Below are positions 38,024 to 48,236 of a stretch of DNA of 64,000 nucleotides, in pieces. This DNA comes from a bacterium (GTDB taxonomy: Bacteria > Patescibacteriota > Minisyncoccia > Phycocordibacterales > UBA1006). A program made the translations under genes and the position numbers. The notes beneath the pieces are model-generated. The model made no database searches and was not told the DNA's origin. It worked only from the letters and a program-made list of their open reading frames with translations. The stretch's first letter is position 1. Every line of letters begins with the position of its first letter. The DNA lies in NCBI GenBank assembly GCA_030433255.1, contig JAUIMI010000002.1, positions 65,177-129,176 of the forward strand. Reading direction: 5' to 3'.

Positions 38024-39673
38024 TTAAAAATCAACAAGTCGGTAAGACCACAAAAATTCAGTTGTTTTATCGATAAAGTAAAGGTATTCATTTTTTTCAT
38101 CAATATCTATAAACTCTACATCAATTGATTCATTATAATCAGTGTTAATATCTGTAATGACTGTTTCTTCTAGTGTTTCTACGTCAATTTTCCATAATGA
38201 ATCTGTATATGTTTCAAGTCCTTGATACCAAATATCAGGATATTCTTCTCCATATGCCATTGAATTTGGAACAGCGCAATATAAATACTTACTATCACTT
38301 GTCCACACACATTTTTCAACAAAGGTTTGGATAGTTAATGGTCGTGTTCTATTAGAGTCTCTGTTGTGGATTGATAAACGTGTTGAGCTATCAATTGATT
38401 CCATAACAAGAACATTTTCATTGTCTGGGCTTCCTAGTGATGTTAACCCTTTTCGTTCCTTTAATGATTTAAAATAACGGCCAGTATCAGCATTGAGTTG
38501 GTAGCTAAACCCATCTGCAGCATAACTTGGTTTTGTGGTAATTTCTATTGAATCAATATTATTCCATGAAGCTAACCATTCAGAGAATGGAGATTCAAAA
38601 ATCGTTTCTTTGGTTTCATTTACAAGGCTTCTAATAATACCAACAACACCAGCAGCATCTTTTTGCAAATAGAACACCTCTTCACCATTTGGGTTTATTG
38701 TAATTTGGGTAATATTTTGTGGTAAGAAAAATCCAGAGATTTTATATTTATGTTCAAGTTGTTCAAATGCTTCTTTTGCAATTCTTTCTTGTTGTATGTT
38801 ACACACCTCAAGCATTTTTGCGCGAGTTCCTGGTCCTATGGTCCCATCGATATCAATTTGATATAAACTTTGGAAATTTTTAATTCCGGTTATAGTTGCT
38901 TCAGTTGCAAGAGATGATTCGTTTCCAGGAGAGTTGATTCCAGAACGTGCAATACGTGTTTGGGGAATCCTATTTAAAAATTGATGTAGTTCAATCACAT
39001 CTTTGCTATCATCACCCACTTCCACATTAACAAACTCAAATGGGCAAGGTTCAATAGAGAGAGCTAATTTTTCAATATTTGCTAGATATGTTTCAGGTAC
39101 ACGCTCTTCTTTGTTCCAGTATTGAAAGAGCGCTCTATTACCATTTTTATTGAAATAAGCGTATTCTGCATTTGGTATAAAGTTTTCAACCAATAATTCA
39201 CTCTCAATTTCTGAAGGTGTTACTTTTGATTCATGGATATTAGCATTTGCAATCTCACTATAACGAACGTATTGATTTTCAACATCAATCACCTTGATTG
39301 TTTGCAATGTATTACCTTCTTCATCAATCTCAATATCAGTTACCTCCTTTTCTTCAGTTCGAATTATTGGTGTAAATCCTCCAGTTGGGAAATTACTGAT
39401 TTGTCGTAGTCGTGGACCTTCTACTTCTGGTTCGGTTATATCAACAGTTTCCTGTCCTCCATTTTCAGGATCTTCTCCTCCGAGTGTTCCTTGGTTGTTT
39501 CCACTTGGATTTTGTCCGGTATTGATTATTTCACCAAAAGGAAAAAGGTTTTGTGCCGTTTCAGTTACCTCAGTTCGTTCTTCTTGATTAAGAAAAACAA
39601 AAAACCAAATCCCAGCAATTACAAGAATAAGAATGATTATTGCAATAATTATTTTCCGAGTATTAAGCTTCAT
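38024..39673 (-). CDS. membrane-anchored protein with a peptidoglycan-binding-like domain
   Basis: N-terminal TM; LHQFLNRIPQT...ITGIKNFQSLYQIDIDGTIGPGTRAKM resembles PG_binding_1; 549 aa. Confidence 0.4.
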   Translation of the reverse strand: MKLNTRKIIIAIIILILVIAGIWFFVFLNQEERTEVTETAQNLFPFGEIINTGQNPSGNNQGTLGGEDPENGGQETVDITEPEVEGPRLRQISNFPTGGFTPIIRTEEKEVTDIEIDEEGNTLQTIKVIDVENQYVRYSEIANANIHESKVTPSEIESELLVENFIPNAEYAYFNKNGNRALFQYWNKEERVPETYLANIEKLALSIEPCPFEFVNVEVGDDSKDVIELHQFLNRIPQTRIARSGINSPGNESSLATEATITGIKNFQSLYQIDIDGTIGPGTRAKMLEVCNIQQERIAKEAFEQLEHKYKISGFFLPQNITQITINPNGEEVFYLQKDAAGVVGIIRSLVNETKETIFESPFSEWLASWNNIDSIEITTKPSYAADGFSYQLNADTGRYFKSLKERKGLTSLGSPDNENVLVMESIDSSTRLSIHNRDSNRTRPLTIQTFVEKCVWTSDSKYLYCAVPNSMAYGEEYPDIWYQGLETYTDSLWKIDVETLEETVITDINTDYNESIDVEFIDIDEKNEYLYFIDKTTEFLWSYRLVDF

Positions 39674-39907
39674 AAATGTACCTCTAGTATATCACTTTTT
39701 CTTTTTTCAAACGAAAAAAGAAACAAAAAAGTTTCCAAATTCATGGTTACTTTCTTAAAAATATAGCTCATGTACTATAATTTTAAAACTCGCTTCGCTC
39801 AAACATTAAAATTATTACGTACATATCACGTCATTTTTATAGAAAATAACCATAGATTTGAAATAAAAATAAAGTGCTCGCTTTCGCTCGTACTCTACAA
39901 TCTAAAA

Positions 39908-39936
39908 TAAAAAACAACTACCTAGTTGTTTTTTAT
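39908..39936. terminator. intrinsic terminator
   Basis: ACAACTA-cc-TAGTTGT plus T-run. Confidence 0.45.
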
Positions 39937-42047
39937 AATGTTAATGATTCTGTTACCTTATCATAAACTGAGAAATGCCAGTTTGTAGCATGGGTTACAT
40001 ATTTAATCATACATTTATCAATACCCCTGTTGAATAATTCATTTTGCATGCTTTCATAAGCAGATTGAGATTGTTGATTTGAAAATTCGAACTGAGCAGT
40101 TAAACCATTTTCATCAGCAGTTTTTATTATTTTTTCTACAGTATCAACATTATATTGAGCATTTTGCGTTGCAAGGTCTATACAAGAACCTAAATAATGA
40201 CATGGTGACCCATGACCCAGGAATGATGGACCAAAAGCTTCTGTAACACGCGTACTTATGTTTTGTGATTCTAGTGCATTATTAAAATTAATAATTTTTT
40301 GAGCAAAAGAAGACTCAACGTTATTTTGTATACTTGTTCCTTGAGGTGTTCCAGTATCTAAGTTTATTCCATTACCTTCAAGAGAACTTAAATTACCTCC
40401 TTGAGCCACTTGTTGTATTGTTGCAAGTTTATGTGTTGTTTGTCCTTTCCAATACCCTCTATGTTTTCTATTGTTACATATTTGTGTAGCAGGTGCGTTT
40501 GATACTGATAAGTTGGTACCATCACCATCAACTTGTGCTGGGTCTTCTACAATATTAATACTTACTTCTTCAATACCTTGTCCGAAATTAATTTCAAGCA
40601 ATTTCGGATTAATAGTTTTAAGGATAAGGAATATTCCTAATGCCAAAATAAGACCGGTTACTGCACTCATGATTCGTTTCTTTGCGGCACCTTTTGAGTA
40701 TATAGCTTCTGTTGTCATATATTCTACCCCAGCAACTACAATCATAATAACTGAAAGAACCATCAATACACCAAGAGCAATATTAAATAGTGATTGAATA
40801 TATTCACCTAATTGGAAATCTTTTAAATTTCTAATTGCAACTCTTTGTACGTTTCCATTTCCATCCACGACAGTTTCAACGTCACCAGACTGAGAGGTGA
40901 ATCCAGGAATAGGTGCTAGAAATTCGTAACAATTATCGCTATAACCTTCTGATTGGCTAATAAAACAAGGGCTATTTACATCATATGTTGGTTGTTGTGT
41001 TTGAGTGTATTGTGCCGAAGAACTTCCGTTTGAGTTTGTTGAACCCACTAGATTACTATTAATTCTTTGCCACTCAATATTATCACATCCATTTGGCCCA
41101 CAACGAAAATTTATAGCATTTTCATTATTTGGTGTATCTATTACATCATTATCATATTTTTTTATTTTTATACCTGGTAAATTTTCAGAACTTACTCGTA
41201 CAATTGCACCATAGGTACATGAATCAACTCCATCTGTTGAGCCAGTACAATCAGTATCTCCAGGTATATAGGTATTTTTTATTTCAGTTTCTCCTTGTGG
41301 AAGTTTTCCTTCATAACGAGCTTCTTCTGCTTCTTCATCTGCCCCATCATAATCCCATATTTCAACCGTAAATATAATTTCAGAAGCACAGTTGTTTGTT
41401 TGTATGTTTAATTTAACGTCAGATTGTTGCTCTGGGTTTAAAAAAGGTGTTGATGATTCATTTTGTGTACCATGTGGGACAAACGTAACATCTGTAATTT
41501 GACAGTTGTTAAGTAATGTTTGTGTTTGGTTTGCATTATAATTTCCGGTTACGCTAATTACTTCAAATTCTTGTTCCTCATCACAGTCCCCACATGTAGT
41601 CTCAAGTCGAGCTGCGTTTATTTCTGCATCGGTATTAAAAAAAGAAGATGTACCTTCTGGATCTGATGAAAGATTTTGTAGGTAAGCGGATTCAAAGGTT
41701 ACATAATACAAACAATTCTCATCGTCACAATATTCATTTCCAGGTTTAAAAGTAACAACAAGTGGTTCATTCGTTGAATTAAATTGATATCCATATTGTT
41801 CAAAAACATTATCGTCAACACCTCCACTTTCATCTTCCTCAATTATCAGAGTAAATGGTACTCCATCACATTGCCCGTTTTGATTAACATGTAGTTGTAT
41901 TGTTGAGTCTGGAGTAAGTTGACCTGATGGTTTTTCAAAGTAAATACTCTCAATTTGACAATTTTCTTGAGCAAAAATAGTTTGACTTCCAAATCCTCCA
42001 AAAACAAAAAGAGTAATAAATAAAATAGATTTAAGTAGTTGTTTCAT
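39933..42047 (-). CDS. secreted 704-aa protein with an internal VirB2/TrbC-like two-TM hairpin and a C-terminal Cys/His domain
   Basis: Signal peptide; FNIALGVLMVLSVIMIVVAGVEYM - basic loop SKGAAKKR - IMSAVTGLILALGIFLILK is a pilin-like hairpin; the C-terminus is GHGSPCHYLGSC... Confidence 0.4.
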   Translation of the reverse strand: MKQLLKSILFITLFVFGGFGSQTIFAQENCQIESIYFEKPSGQLTPDSTIQLHVNQNGQCDGVPFTLIIEEDESGGVDDNVFEQYGYQFNSTNEPLVVTFKPGNEYCDDENCLYYVTFESAYLQNLSSDPEGTSSFFNTDAEINAARLETTCGDCDEEQEFEVISVTGNYNANQTQTLLNNCQITDVTFVPHGTQNESSTPFLNPEQQSDVKLNIQTNNCASEIIFTVEIWDYDGADEEAEEARYEGKLPQGETEIKNTYIPGDTDCTGSTDGVDSCTYGAIVRVSSENLPGIKIKKYDNDVIDTPNNENAINFRCGPNGCDNIEWQRINSNLVGSTNSNGSSSAQYTQTQQPTYDVNSPCFISQSEGYSDNCYEFLAPIPGFTSQSGDVETVVDGNGNVQRVAIRNLKDFQLGEYIQSLFNIALGVLMVLSVIMIVVAGVEYMTTEAIYSKGAAKKRIMSAVTGLILALGIFLILKTINPKLLEINFGQGIEEVSINIVEDPAQVDGDGTNLSVSNAPATQICNNRKHRGYWKGQTTHKLATIQQVAQGGNLSSLEGNGINLDTGTPQGTSIQNNVESSFAQKIINFNNALESQNISTRVTEAFGPSFLGHGSPCHYLGSCIDLATQNAQYNVDTVEKIIKTADENGLTAQFEFSNQQSQSAYESMQNELFNRGIDKCMIKYVTHATNWHFSVYDKVTESLTL

Positions 42048-42109
42048 GTTGTTATTATAATATGTTTACTCTTTGATATAAAGTCGTAAAAATAAAAACA
42101 CCCTTTTGT

Positions 42110-43132
42110 TTAGAGTGTTTTTGGGTTAAATACCAGTTCTAAGTTTGCTTGAGATTTTTGTAATAACTTCTCAATCCCTTCTAGTGCAATATTTATATCA
42201 ACCGCACCAGCTTCTCCTCCTGATGTTATATATAACTCATTTTGTTTTTCAAAATCTTGTGGTGGCTGAGGGTTGTTATTAATACTCCAGTTTACAAACA
42301 GATCTATAAAATTAGGCTGAACCGATGACATGTATAATGGATGGAACGATAGTTTAACGGTATCACCATTAATAACATTATTAGTATTAAGCGCTTTATT
42401 TGTCATAAGCCTATCACCATTGAACTCATAAAAGAGAATTTTAGGTTTATATACATCTGTTGGAATATCAATAGTATTTGTAGCAAATGAGTTTTCACGT
42501 CTATCATTTGAAGTAACAGTAATTTTTTCATTTACTCCTAATGGGTCAGCGGTAAACTCAAATGATTGCTTCCCAAAACCTGATCCTGATTGTTGTCTCG
42601 TATAATTTCTGTCCCAATAATAAATAAGATTTGGTGCATCAGATGGTTCAATAAGTAGTGTTTCTGGTATAGCGGTGATTTTAATTTGGGATTGTTGCAT
42701 AGGAAGTGCCTTTCCTTTGTAAAAAGGTGGAACATAAGCATCAGTTACCTCCCACAGCAGGTTTACCTGTGATGGAGCAAAACGTAACTCTTTTCTAAAA
42801 ACTTGATTCTCGTATTCGACAACAGCTGTAATGTTCGTCACTTCTCCAGAATTACCTGTCGTAAAAATATAATCACGGTTACCATAATCAGCTGACTTTC
42901 TTTCTCCGTTTTCAAACCACGCAATGTAATAGTTATTAAGATTGAAACTATAACTATTAAGTTTTAGTTTTACCTCTTCGTTTGGTCCTGGTATTTTTGG
43001 TGTTGTTTCAACAAAAATATCATCAGCAGAATAGAGTTGAAAATTTTGCGCAACAGTTGTATTTGGAATTACAAAAAAGCTGAGAACCAGAACAGCAAAA
43101 ATAACTATATGATTTTTCCATACATGCAACAT
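42110..43132 (-). CDS. membrane-anchored secreted protein, possible VirB8/TcpC-like component
   Basis: N-terminal TM followed by a 300-aa extracytoplasmic domain. Assigned by position within the cluster only. Confidence 0.3.
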   Translation of the reverse strand: MLHVWKNHIVIFAVLVLSFFVIPNTTVAQNFQLYSADDIFVETTPKIPGPNEEVKLKLNSYSFNLNNYYIAWFENGERKSADYGNRDYIFTTGNSGEVTNITAVVEYENQVFRKELRFAPSQVNLLWEVTDAYVPPFYKGKALPMQQSQIKITAIPETLLIEPSDAPNLIYYWDRNYTRQQSGSGFGKQSFEFTADPLGVNEKITVTSNDRRENSFATNTIDIPTDVYKPKILFYEFNGDRLMTNKALNTNNVINGDTVKLSFHPLYMSSVQPNFIDLFVNWSINNNPQPPQDFEKQNELYITSGGEAGAVDINIALEGIEKLLQKSQANLELVFNPKTL

Positions 43133-43195
43133 ATTCTTTCTGTATTATACGGTATTCACAAAAAATCTACCAATAAAAAAACGCATACATGCGAA

Positions 43196-43867
43196 TTATT
43201 GTTCAAGTGTTGGAATATTTCTATGTGTTTCTCCTGGATTAAACATATTATAGAATACTTCAATGGCTTGTTCTGTGTTCAGTTGTTCGGAACGTACACC
43301 AAACCGTGATAAGCCACCTTTTACAATCGCAACACGTTGTTCTAGTTGACTTCGTTGCTCCTCAAATTTACGAGAATCTTCTTTAAATGAAGATTTTTTA
43401 GAACTCCCACCAATGAGTTCTTTTAGAATATTACCACCCTTTTTTTCTTGAGTACCAGTAAACGCACCTCCTGAGTATGGAATTACTACATAGAATTTTT
43501 TAGACATGATATTTACTGAATCAGTAAACCATTTAATAAATTCAATATACTCTTTGGTTTGTAGTCGAAGAAGTTCTTCTTGTTGTTGTTCGATTCGTCT
43601 TTCGAGTGTTAGGAGATATGGTTTTATATCATATCGACGTGATTGTACCGATATCTCAATAGGAAACTCTATTGAATTTAAAAAACCTTGGAATTGCATA
43701 ACAATTGCCTGTTGTTCATCTGGTGATTTTAGTGCGATATTGATTGCCGAAGCAAGTAGTATAGCTCGCAAACTTCCGTCTTCTAGTACGACAATACCGT
43801 CACGAATTTCTTTTACTGGAATAAAATCTTGAGTTCTTGGTCCTGTATATTTTTTAATATCTGCCAT
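43196..43867 (-). CDS. protein resembling the N-terminal domain of Gram-positive VirB4 ATPases (a split VirB4?)
   Basis: IRDGIVVLEDGSLRAILLASAINIALKSPDEQQAI...FPIEISVQSRRYDI resembles the TKDGRYVKILEV-PINF-LRS--EQ signature at the start of Tn916 Orf16/TcpF-type VirB4. Recalled from memory, no search run. Confidence 0.4.
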   Translation of the reverse strand: MADIKKYTGPRTQDFIPVKEIRDGIVVLEDGSLRAILLASAINIALKSPDEQQAIVMQFQGFLNSIEFPIEISVQSRRYDIKPYLLTLERRIEQQQEELLRLQTKEYIEFIKWFTDSVNIMSKKFYVVIPYSGGAFTGTQEKKGGNILKELIGGSSKKSSFKEDSRKFEEQRSQLEQRVAIVKGGLSRFGVRSEQLNTEQAIEVFYNMFNPGETHRNIPTLEQ

Positions 43868-43905
43868 ATATGTTTCTAGTATACCTTAATTATTATTTCA
43901 AATAA

Positions 43906-43934
43906 ATAAAAAACTACATCATGTAGTTTTTTAG
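43906..43934. terminator. intrinsic terminator
   Basis: AACTACAT-c-ATGTAGTT plus T-run. Confidence 0.45.
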
Positions 43935-44347
43935 TTATCATCAAAATCCAAAATATCCAAACTCCAAGCTAAATCTGAAATTTTTTGATGACCATCTTCT
44001 TTTGGGAGAGCTCCTTCTTGTGGGAAGGCAGCGTGTACTTGGGTTACGTCTTGTGCACCTGGTTCTGGTTCATGCTGTCTCCATAAATAAAATTTATTTG
44101 TAAAGGTGTATACAATAAATGACTCAACCATATGAATAAAAGGTCTTCCGTTAGGTTTGTAAAATACCAAGGCAAGAGAAAAAGCCGCAATAGGTAACCC
44201 TAATAGAATAGATGCAAAACTTGGTAATAATTTATGTAGTACAAAAATCATTCCTCCTCCACCAACAAGATATAACGCCTGTTTAAAAGTAAAAGGTCCA
44301 AATAATTTGTCAGGAATATTAATAAATTGAGGTACCTCAAATCTCAT
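43931..44347 (-). CDS. PrgI/VirB3-like small two-TM protein
   Basis: N-terminal VPQFINIPDKLFGPFTFKQALYLVGGGGMIFVL matches the fGLT-RQ pattern of the PrgI family; 138 aa; immediately upstream of the VirB4-N-like ORF, as in Tn916 (orf17-orf16). Confidence 0.4.
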   Translation of the reverse strand: MRFEVPQFINIPDKLFGPFTFKQALYLVGGGGMIFVLHKLLPSFASILLGLPIAAFSLALVFYKPNGRPFIHMVESFIVYTFTNKFYLWRQHEPEPGAQDVTQVHAAFPQEGALPKEDGHQKISDLAWSLDILDFDDN

Positions 44348-44394
44348 ATCGTTATTATATCATGTTCAAAATATTTAGATAAAAAAGAAGACCT

Positions 44395-45279
44395 CTAATC
44401 TTCTTTTGTTAAATGTTCTAAGAATGTACCTTCTTCTCGTATTTGCTCGTTTTCAGATAATGAAGCTTCTATGGTTTCTGTTTTTGCAGAGAAAGGGTTT
44501 TCCAAAATATGTTTATCAATGGTAGAAAATTCATAATCACCTTGACCTAAATCAGGAAATTGTTTTCTGGGTTTGTCTGTAAATATATCGTCAGGTGTAT
44601 TATGATGTTGTGTTTTAATAATTGAGGTGTTAGTGCGGTGTCCGGTTATTCCTCTTAAATCTTTGGTATCGATTGGTTCTTGGTATGGGTTTTGTGTGTG
44701 TTCAGGTTTTTGATTTGGCTCAGGTATATCATCTGTAATAGTTTCGGTGTGGGTGGTTTCGTGATCTTTGATATTTACCTCGTTTAAAATTGCTGATACT
44801 TCATCATGTAAATCATTGTCAAAAATACGTGGCTCAGGTTCATCTACGAGATGTACTCCTTCTGAACTTAGGATGTTTTTTAGTTCATGATGTTCAATTG
44901 GTTCTTGGTATGGATCATCTGATATTATTTCATCGTGGTTCTCGGTAGTTGTTTCATTATCAAAATTATTTTTACTAAATGCACGTTTTTGTAATTGAAG
45001 AAATATTCGAGAATTTGCTTCGTCTACTAATGAAGCTGCAAGTTGTTTTGAAAAACCGAGTTCACTTACAAGGTTATGTTCATACTGTTCTGCAGGTATT
45101 TTCCCAAGAATTACTAAGAGTGTTTGGTGCCGAAATTCGTCTGCATCGTCTATTTGCATATTGTGTTCATGAGCAATATCAAGTATTTCTTTTGCCCAAT
45201 CAAAAGTAATTACAGCATTTTTAATATTATCAGGAAGTGCTGCAATTGATTGTTGAATTTCTGCATTCGAAAGTTTCAT
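44395..45279 (-). CDS. highly acidic cytoplasmic protein with PYQEPI repeats
   Basis: 294 aa, rich in Asp and Glu; DDPYQEPIEHHELK and QNPYQEPIDTKDLR repeats. Confidence 0.35.
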   Translation of the reverse strand: MKLSNAEIQQSIAALPDNIKNAVITFDWAKEILDIAHEHNMQIDDADEFRHQTLLVILGKIPAEQYEHNLVSELGFSKQLAASLVDEANSRIFLQLQKRAFSKNNFDNETTTENHDEIISDDPYQEPIEHHELKNILSSEGVHLVDEPEPRIFDNDLHDEVSAILNEVNIKDHETTHTETITDDIPEPNQKPEHTQNPYQEPIDTKDLRGITGHRTNTSIIKTQHHNTPDDIFTDKPRKQFPDLGQGDYEFSTIDKHILENPFSAKTETIEASLSENEQIREEGTFLEHLTKED

Positions 45280-45330
45280 ATCAGTAGTATACCAAATATT
45301 ATAAGAAAAAATAAAAACCTATTTAGGTTT

Positions 45331-47637
45331 TTATTTTTTATCAGCCTCTTGAGGTTTTGCACCAACTTTACCTTCCCGTATTCTTTGAGCTGTTTTTTCA
45401 TCTTTTGTTTCGTAATCTTTAGCAACTTTTTCTCTGGCTATATTATGATTATCTTTTTCAATATTCTTAAGTCTCTCAACTTGTTTCTTGGCTGTTTGTT
45501 TTTCGAAGTCTTTTTTATCTTTTTCAAGATCAGAAAGACCATCTTCCAAAGCGGTTATATTTGCCTGAGCATAGGATGCCAGTGCTGTGTTACCTTCCGC
45601 ATTTGCTTTTGCAAAAATACGTTCTTCTTGCTTAATTTCTTTTTGTTTATCTTTAATATCCTTATCGTAGGCTTTTATAGCTTTGTCTTCAAATTGAGCT
45701 CTACTACTTCCTGCAGGAATATTTGCTACATTTCCACCGCCCATACTTGGAGGTAGTGGAGCGCCATCAATTTGCATATTTACTGTTGGCTCTGCACTAA
45801 CATTAACCACCACAGATTGTGACATTTCTTTTCGTATGTCTTTTGCAAACTGTTCAAGTGTTCGTTCTTTATCATCAATATCTGAATCAAGTTTTTGTTT
45901 CGCTAGTTTTGATTCTTCGGTTTTGATTTCTGAATTAGCATTTGTATCTTTTACTTTTTGTTTAGATTCTTCAACCTCTCTTTGCCAATCAGCAGCTGTT
46001 TTATTTTCTTTGATTTCAGTCTGCGCTTCTTCCTGAACTCGTTTTACTTTTGCAGCCTGTAGGTCAGCATATTCATTTCCTCCGCCCATAGAACCAAGTA
46101 ATGATTTACCATCACCTTCAATATGGCCAAGTAATGATTTACCTGTAACTTTTCCTGCATATTTCGCAGCGTCATCACCCATAATTGATTTTAGAACTTT
46201 ATTTCGTGTTGGGTCTATTCTTGTTGCTTGTAGGTATTTCCCATGTTCTTTAACTGCTGAACCAATAGTGCTCAACCCTTTACCATATTTACCTTTTGAT
46301 AGGTACTTTGCTCCTTGCCCTACACCTTGTGCTGCTGCTCCACCAACACGTAACCCTGTACCAACAGCTGCTGCTCCACCGGTTGCAGCGATAGCTGCTC
46401 CAGCAACAAGTGCTCCTGTAACACCCTGAATACTTCTTGTTGCCATGCTTCCTAACTCACCAGCCATTGAGGTACTTATTTTTTTTGTGAGAAATAACAA
46501 ACCACCAACAATAATAAATGGTATATAAGCCTTGAGGATGCTTTCTAATATACCTTCTCCTGGGCCTGGTTGAATAGATGCAAGGAAACCTTCATTTCCA
46601 AGAAAACTAATAACAAGGTATAGGAAAAACATATATACAGGAGCAAGAAACGCTAAGCTTATTAATTCAGGAAGCCATTTGTTAAATCCTATGTATGATT
46701 TGTTTTGTAGGCTTGGTACCACAATACTTGCAAAAGCAACAGGGGCTAATATTGCAGAAACCATTAAACCAATTGCTCTACCAACAAAAACAAGAATCAT
46801 ACTAATAAATAACCAAATGAGTAATATGTTTAATATTCCTGCTCCTGTGATGATAATAAAGGCTTGCAGTGCCCCAGAACCACTTGCGTTAACTATTTGT
46901 TGAGGATTTATTTTCCCAGCAATAGCAATCGAGAGATTTTTTGAATCTTGAGGAATAATAGATTGCGCTAGGCTAGAGAGACTACTTTCTCCTGAACCTA
47001 ACCCTTCGGTATCATTAGCTATTTGAGTAGTATCCGCATTCGTATTTGTTGCTGCTGTGTTGTATGTATTCGCTGTTGCGTCTATTTTGTTGTATAAGGT
47101 GTGCGCTAGAATATTTGACCCATCAATAATTGCATAGGTCATAAATAAACTAAAATTAATAATCAACGCTATAAGGATTGTTTTTACGAGAGTTTTTTTT
47201 GTTCCTCCATCATCGGAACCAAGAACCATTTTGAATGCTACAACTAGTAATGCAAAAATAAACACAATATTAGTAAAGTCACGTAATATTTCCCAACCAG
47301 CTTCGATAAGACCTGATCGATAGAATTGTGAATCAATTGATAGGAATATAAATATATCCAACATGACACCAATTAATACAACAACTATTTGGGTAAAATA
47401 GAAAATTATAAGTTCATAGAATGACAATAATCCTTCTGATAATTGACACCCTATTCCACTTGCACCAAAAAAACCAGTGTCACAATTAAGGTTTATAGCA
47501 TAAGCCGTATTTTCTGTTATCGAAACTATCTGTTCTCCTGATTGAATAGATTCGATATCGTTGATTCCAATACTTATAGGTAAAAGAAAAACGAGTATTC
47601 CTAATAATACTGTAATTGCTTTTTTAGATAAAAACAT
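45331..47637 (-). CDS. VirB6/TrbL-like polytopic membrane protein with a Gly/Ala-rich linker and a long charged coiled-coil C-terminus
   Basis: Signal peptide, at least six TM helices (aa 70-400), GALVAGAAIAATGGAAAVG segment, then about 300 aa of Lys/Glu-rich repeat. This architecture is like Tn916 Orf15 and TrbL. Confidence 0.45.
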   Translation of the reverse strand: MFLSKKAITVLLGILVFLLPISIGINDIESIQSGEQIVSITENTAYAINLNCDTGFFGASGIGCQLSEGLLSFYELIIFYFTQIVVVLIGVMLDIFIFLSIDSQFYRSGLIEAGWEILRDFTNIVFIFALLVVAFKMVLGSDDGGTKKTLVKTILIALIINFSLFMTYAIIDGSNILAHTLYNKIDATANTYNTAATNTNADTTQIANDTEGLGSGESSLSSLAQSIIPQDSKNLSIAIAGKINPQQIVNASGSGALQAFIIITGAGILNILLIWLFISMILVFVGRAIGLMVSAILAPVAFASIVVPSLQNKSYIGFNKWLPELISLAFLAPVYMFFLYLVISFLGNEGFLASIQPGPGEGILESILKAYIPFIIVGGLLFLTKKISTSMAGELGSMATRSIQGVTGALVAGAAIAATGGAAAVGTGLRVGGAAAQGVGQGAKYLSKGKYGKGLSTIGSAVKEHGKYLQATRIDPTRNKVLKSIMGDDAAKYAGKVTGKSLLGHIEGDGKSLLGSMGGGNEYADLQAAKVKRVQEEAQTEIKENKTAADWQREVEESKQKVKDTNANSEIKTEESKLAKQKLDSDIDDKERTLEQFAKDIRKEMSQSVVVNVSAEPTVNMQIDGAPLPPSMGGGNVANIPAGSSRAQFEDKAIKAYDKDIKDKQKEIKQEERIFAKANAEGNTALASYAQANITALEDGLSDLEKDKKDFEKQTAKKQVERLKNIEKDNHNIAREKVAKDYETKDEKTAQRIREGKVGAKPQEADKK

Positions 47638-47731
47638 GACTATATTATAGTATAGAATGATTCTTTTTCATAAAATAAAACTACCAATCTCAAAGACTGG
47701 TAGCTATGTACATAAATTATAATTCTTGAAT

Positions 47732-48115
47732 TTAATTTGAAGCGATAGTATTGTTTTGTTTTTCTATAATGTAAGATTTGATGTAATTAAGTAATAAATT
47801 AACTTTTTTATACTGAACCACTTCAACATTCTCAACATTTTTTTTATGAAAATCATTTAAAGAACTAACTAGTAAAAAATTTTCTTTTTCTTTTGTTTGA
47901 ATTCTTACATATAGTTTGTTTTCCAAAACCTTCATTTCAACTGCTGCTGCTGTTGGTTTCTCTGCAAAAACTTCACTAGTAAATTGTTGAATGTCTAATT
48001 TTGTTATTTTTTCTTGTGCGTTTACTGTATTTGTACCTAGTACAAAAGCAAACATAAATACGAAAATTAAAAATAATTTTTTCATGGTATTAAGTTTTGT
48101 GTTGCTCTTGTGCAA
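47732..48115 (-). CDS. small secreted protein (127 aa)
   Basis: Signal peptide MKKLFLIFVFMFAFVLGTNTVNA. Confidence 0.4.
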   Translation of the reverse strand: MHKSNTKLNTMKKLFLIFVFMFAFVLGTNTVNAQEKITKLDIQQFTSEVFAEKPTAAAVEMKVLENKLYVRIQTKEKENFLLVSSLNDFHKKNVENVEVVQYKKVNLLLNYIKSYIIEKQNNTIASN

Positions 48116-48236
48116 CGGTTGTGGGCATTATTGCCTATGTTTGTATAAATTATGACACACTTTTTCCAATTTTGTAAATTAAGTTATCCACAGAAATAGA
48201 ACAACTTAAAATAAAAAAACAACCATATGGTTGTTT

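Noticed and set aside
42048-42109. Terminator between the 340-aa and 704-aa T4SS-cluster genes
   Set aside because: Only a weak, imperfect inverted repeat, so it is not listed as a feature.
45250-45756. 168-aa plus-strand ORF and other antisense ORFs (for example 1043..1252, 2312..2494, 3459..3653, 4384..4647, 7304..7567, 14567..15067, 20847..21209, 39294..39766, 48682..49089)
   Set aside because: They lie wholly inside longer, motif-supported genes on the opposite strand and have low-complexity, atypical composition. They are most likely spurious.
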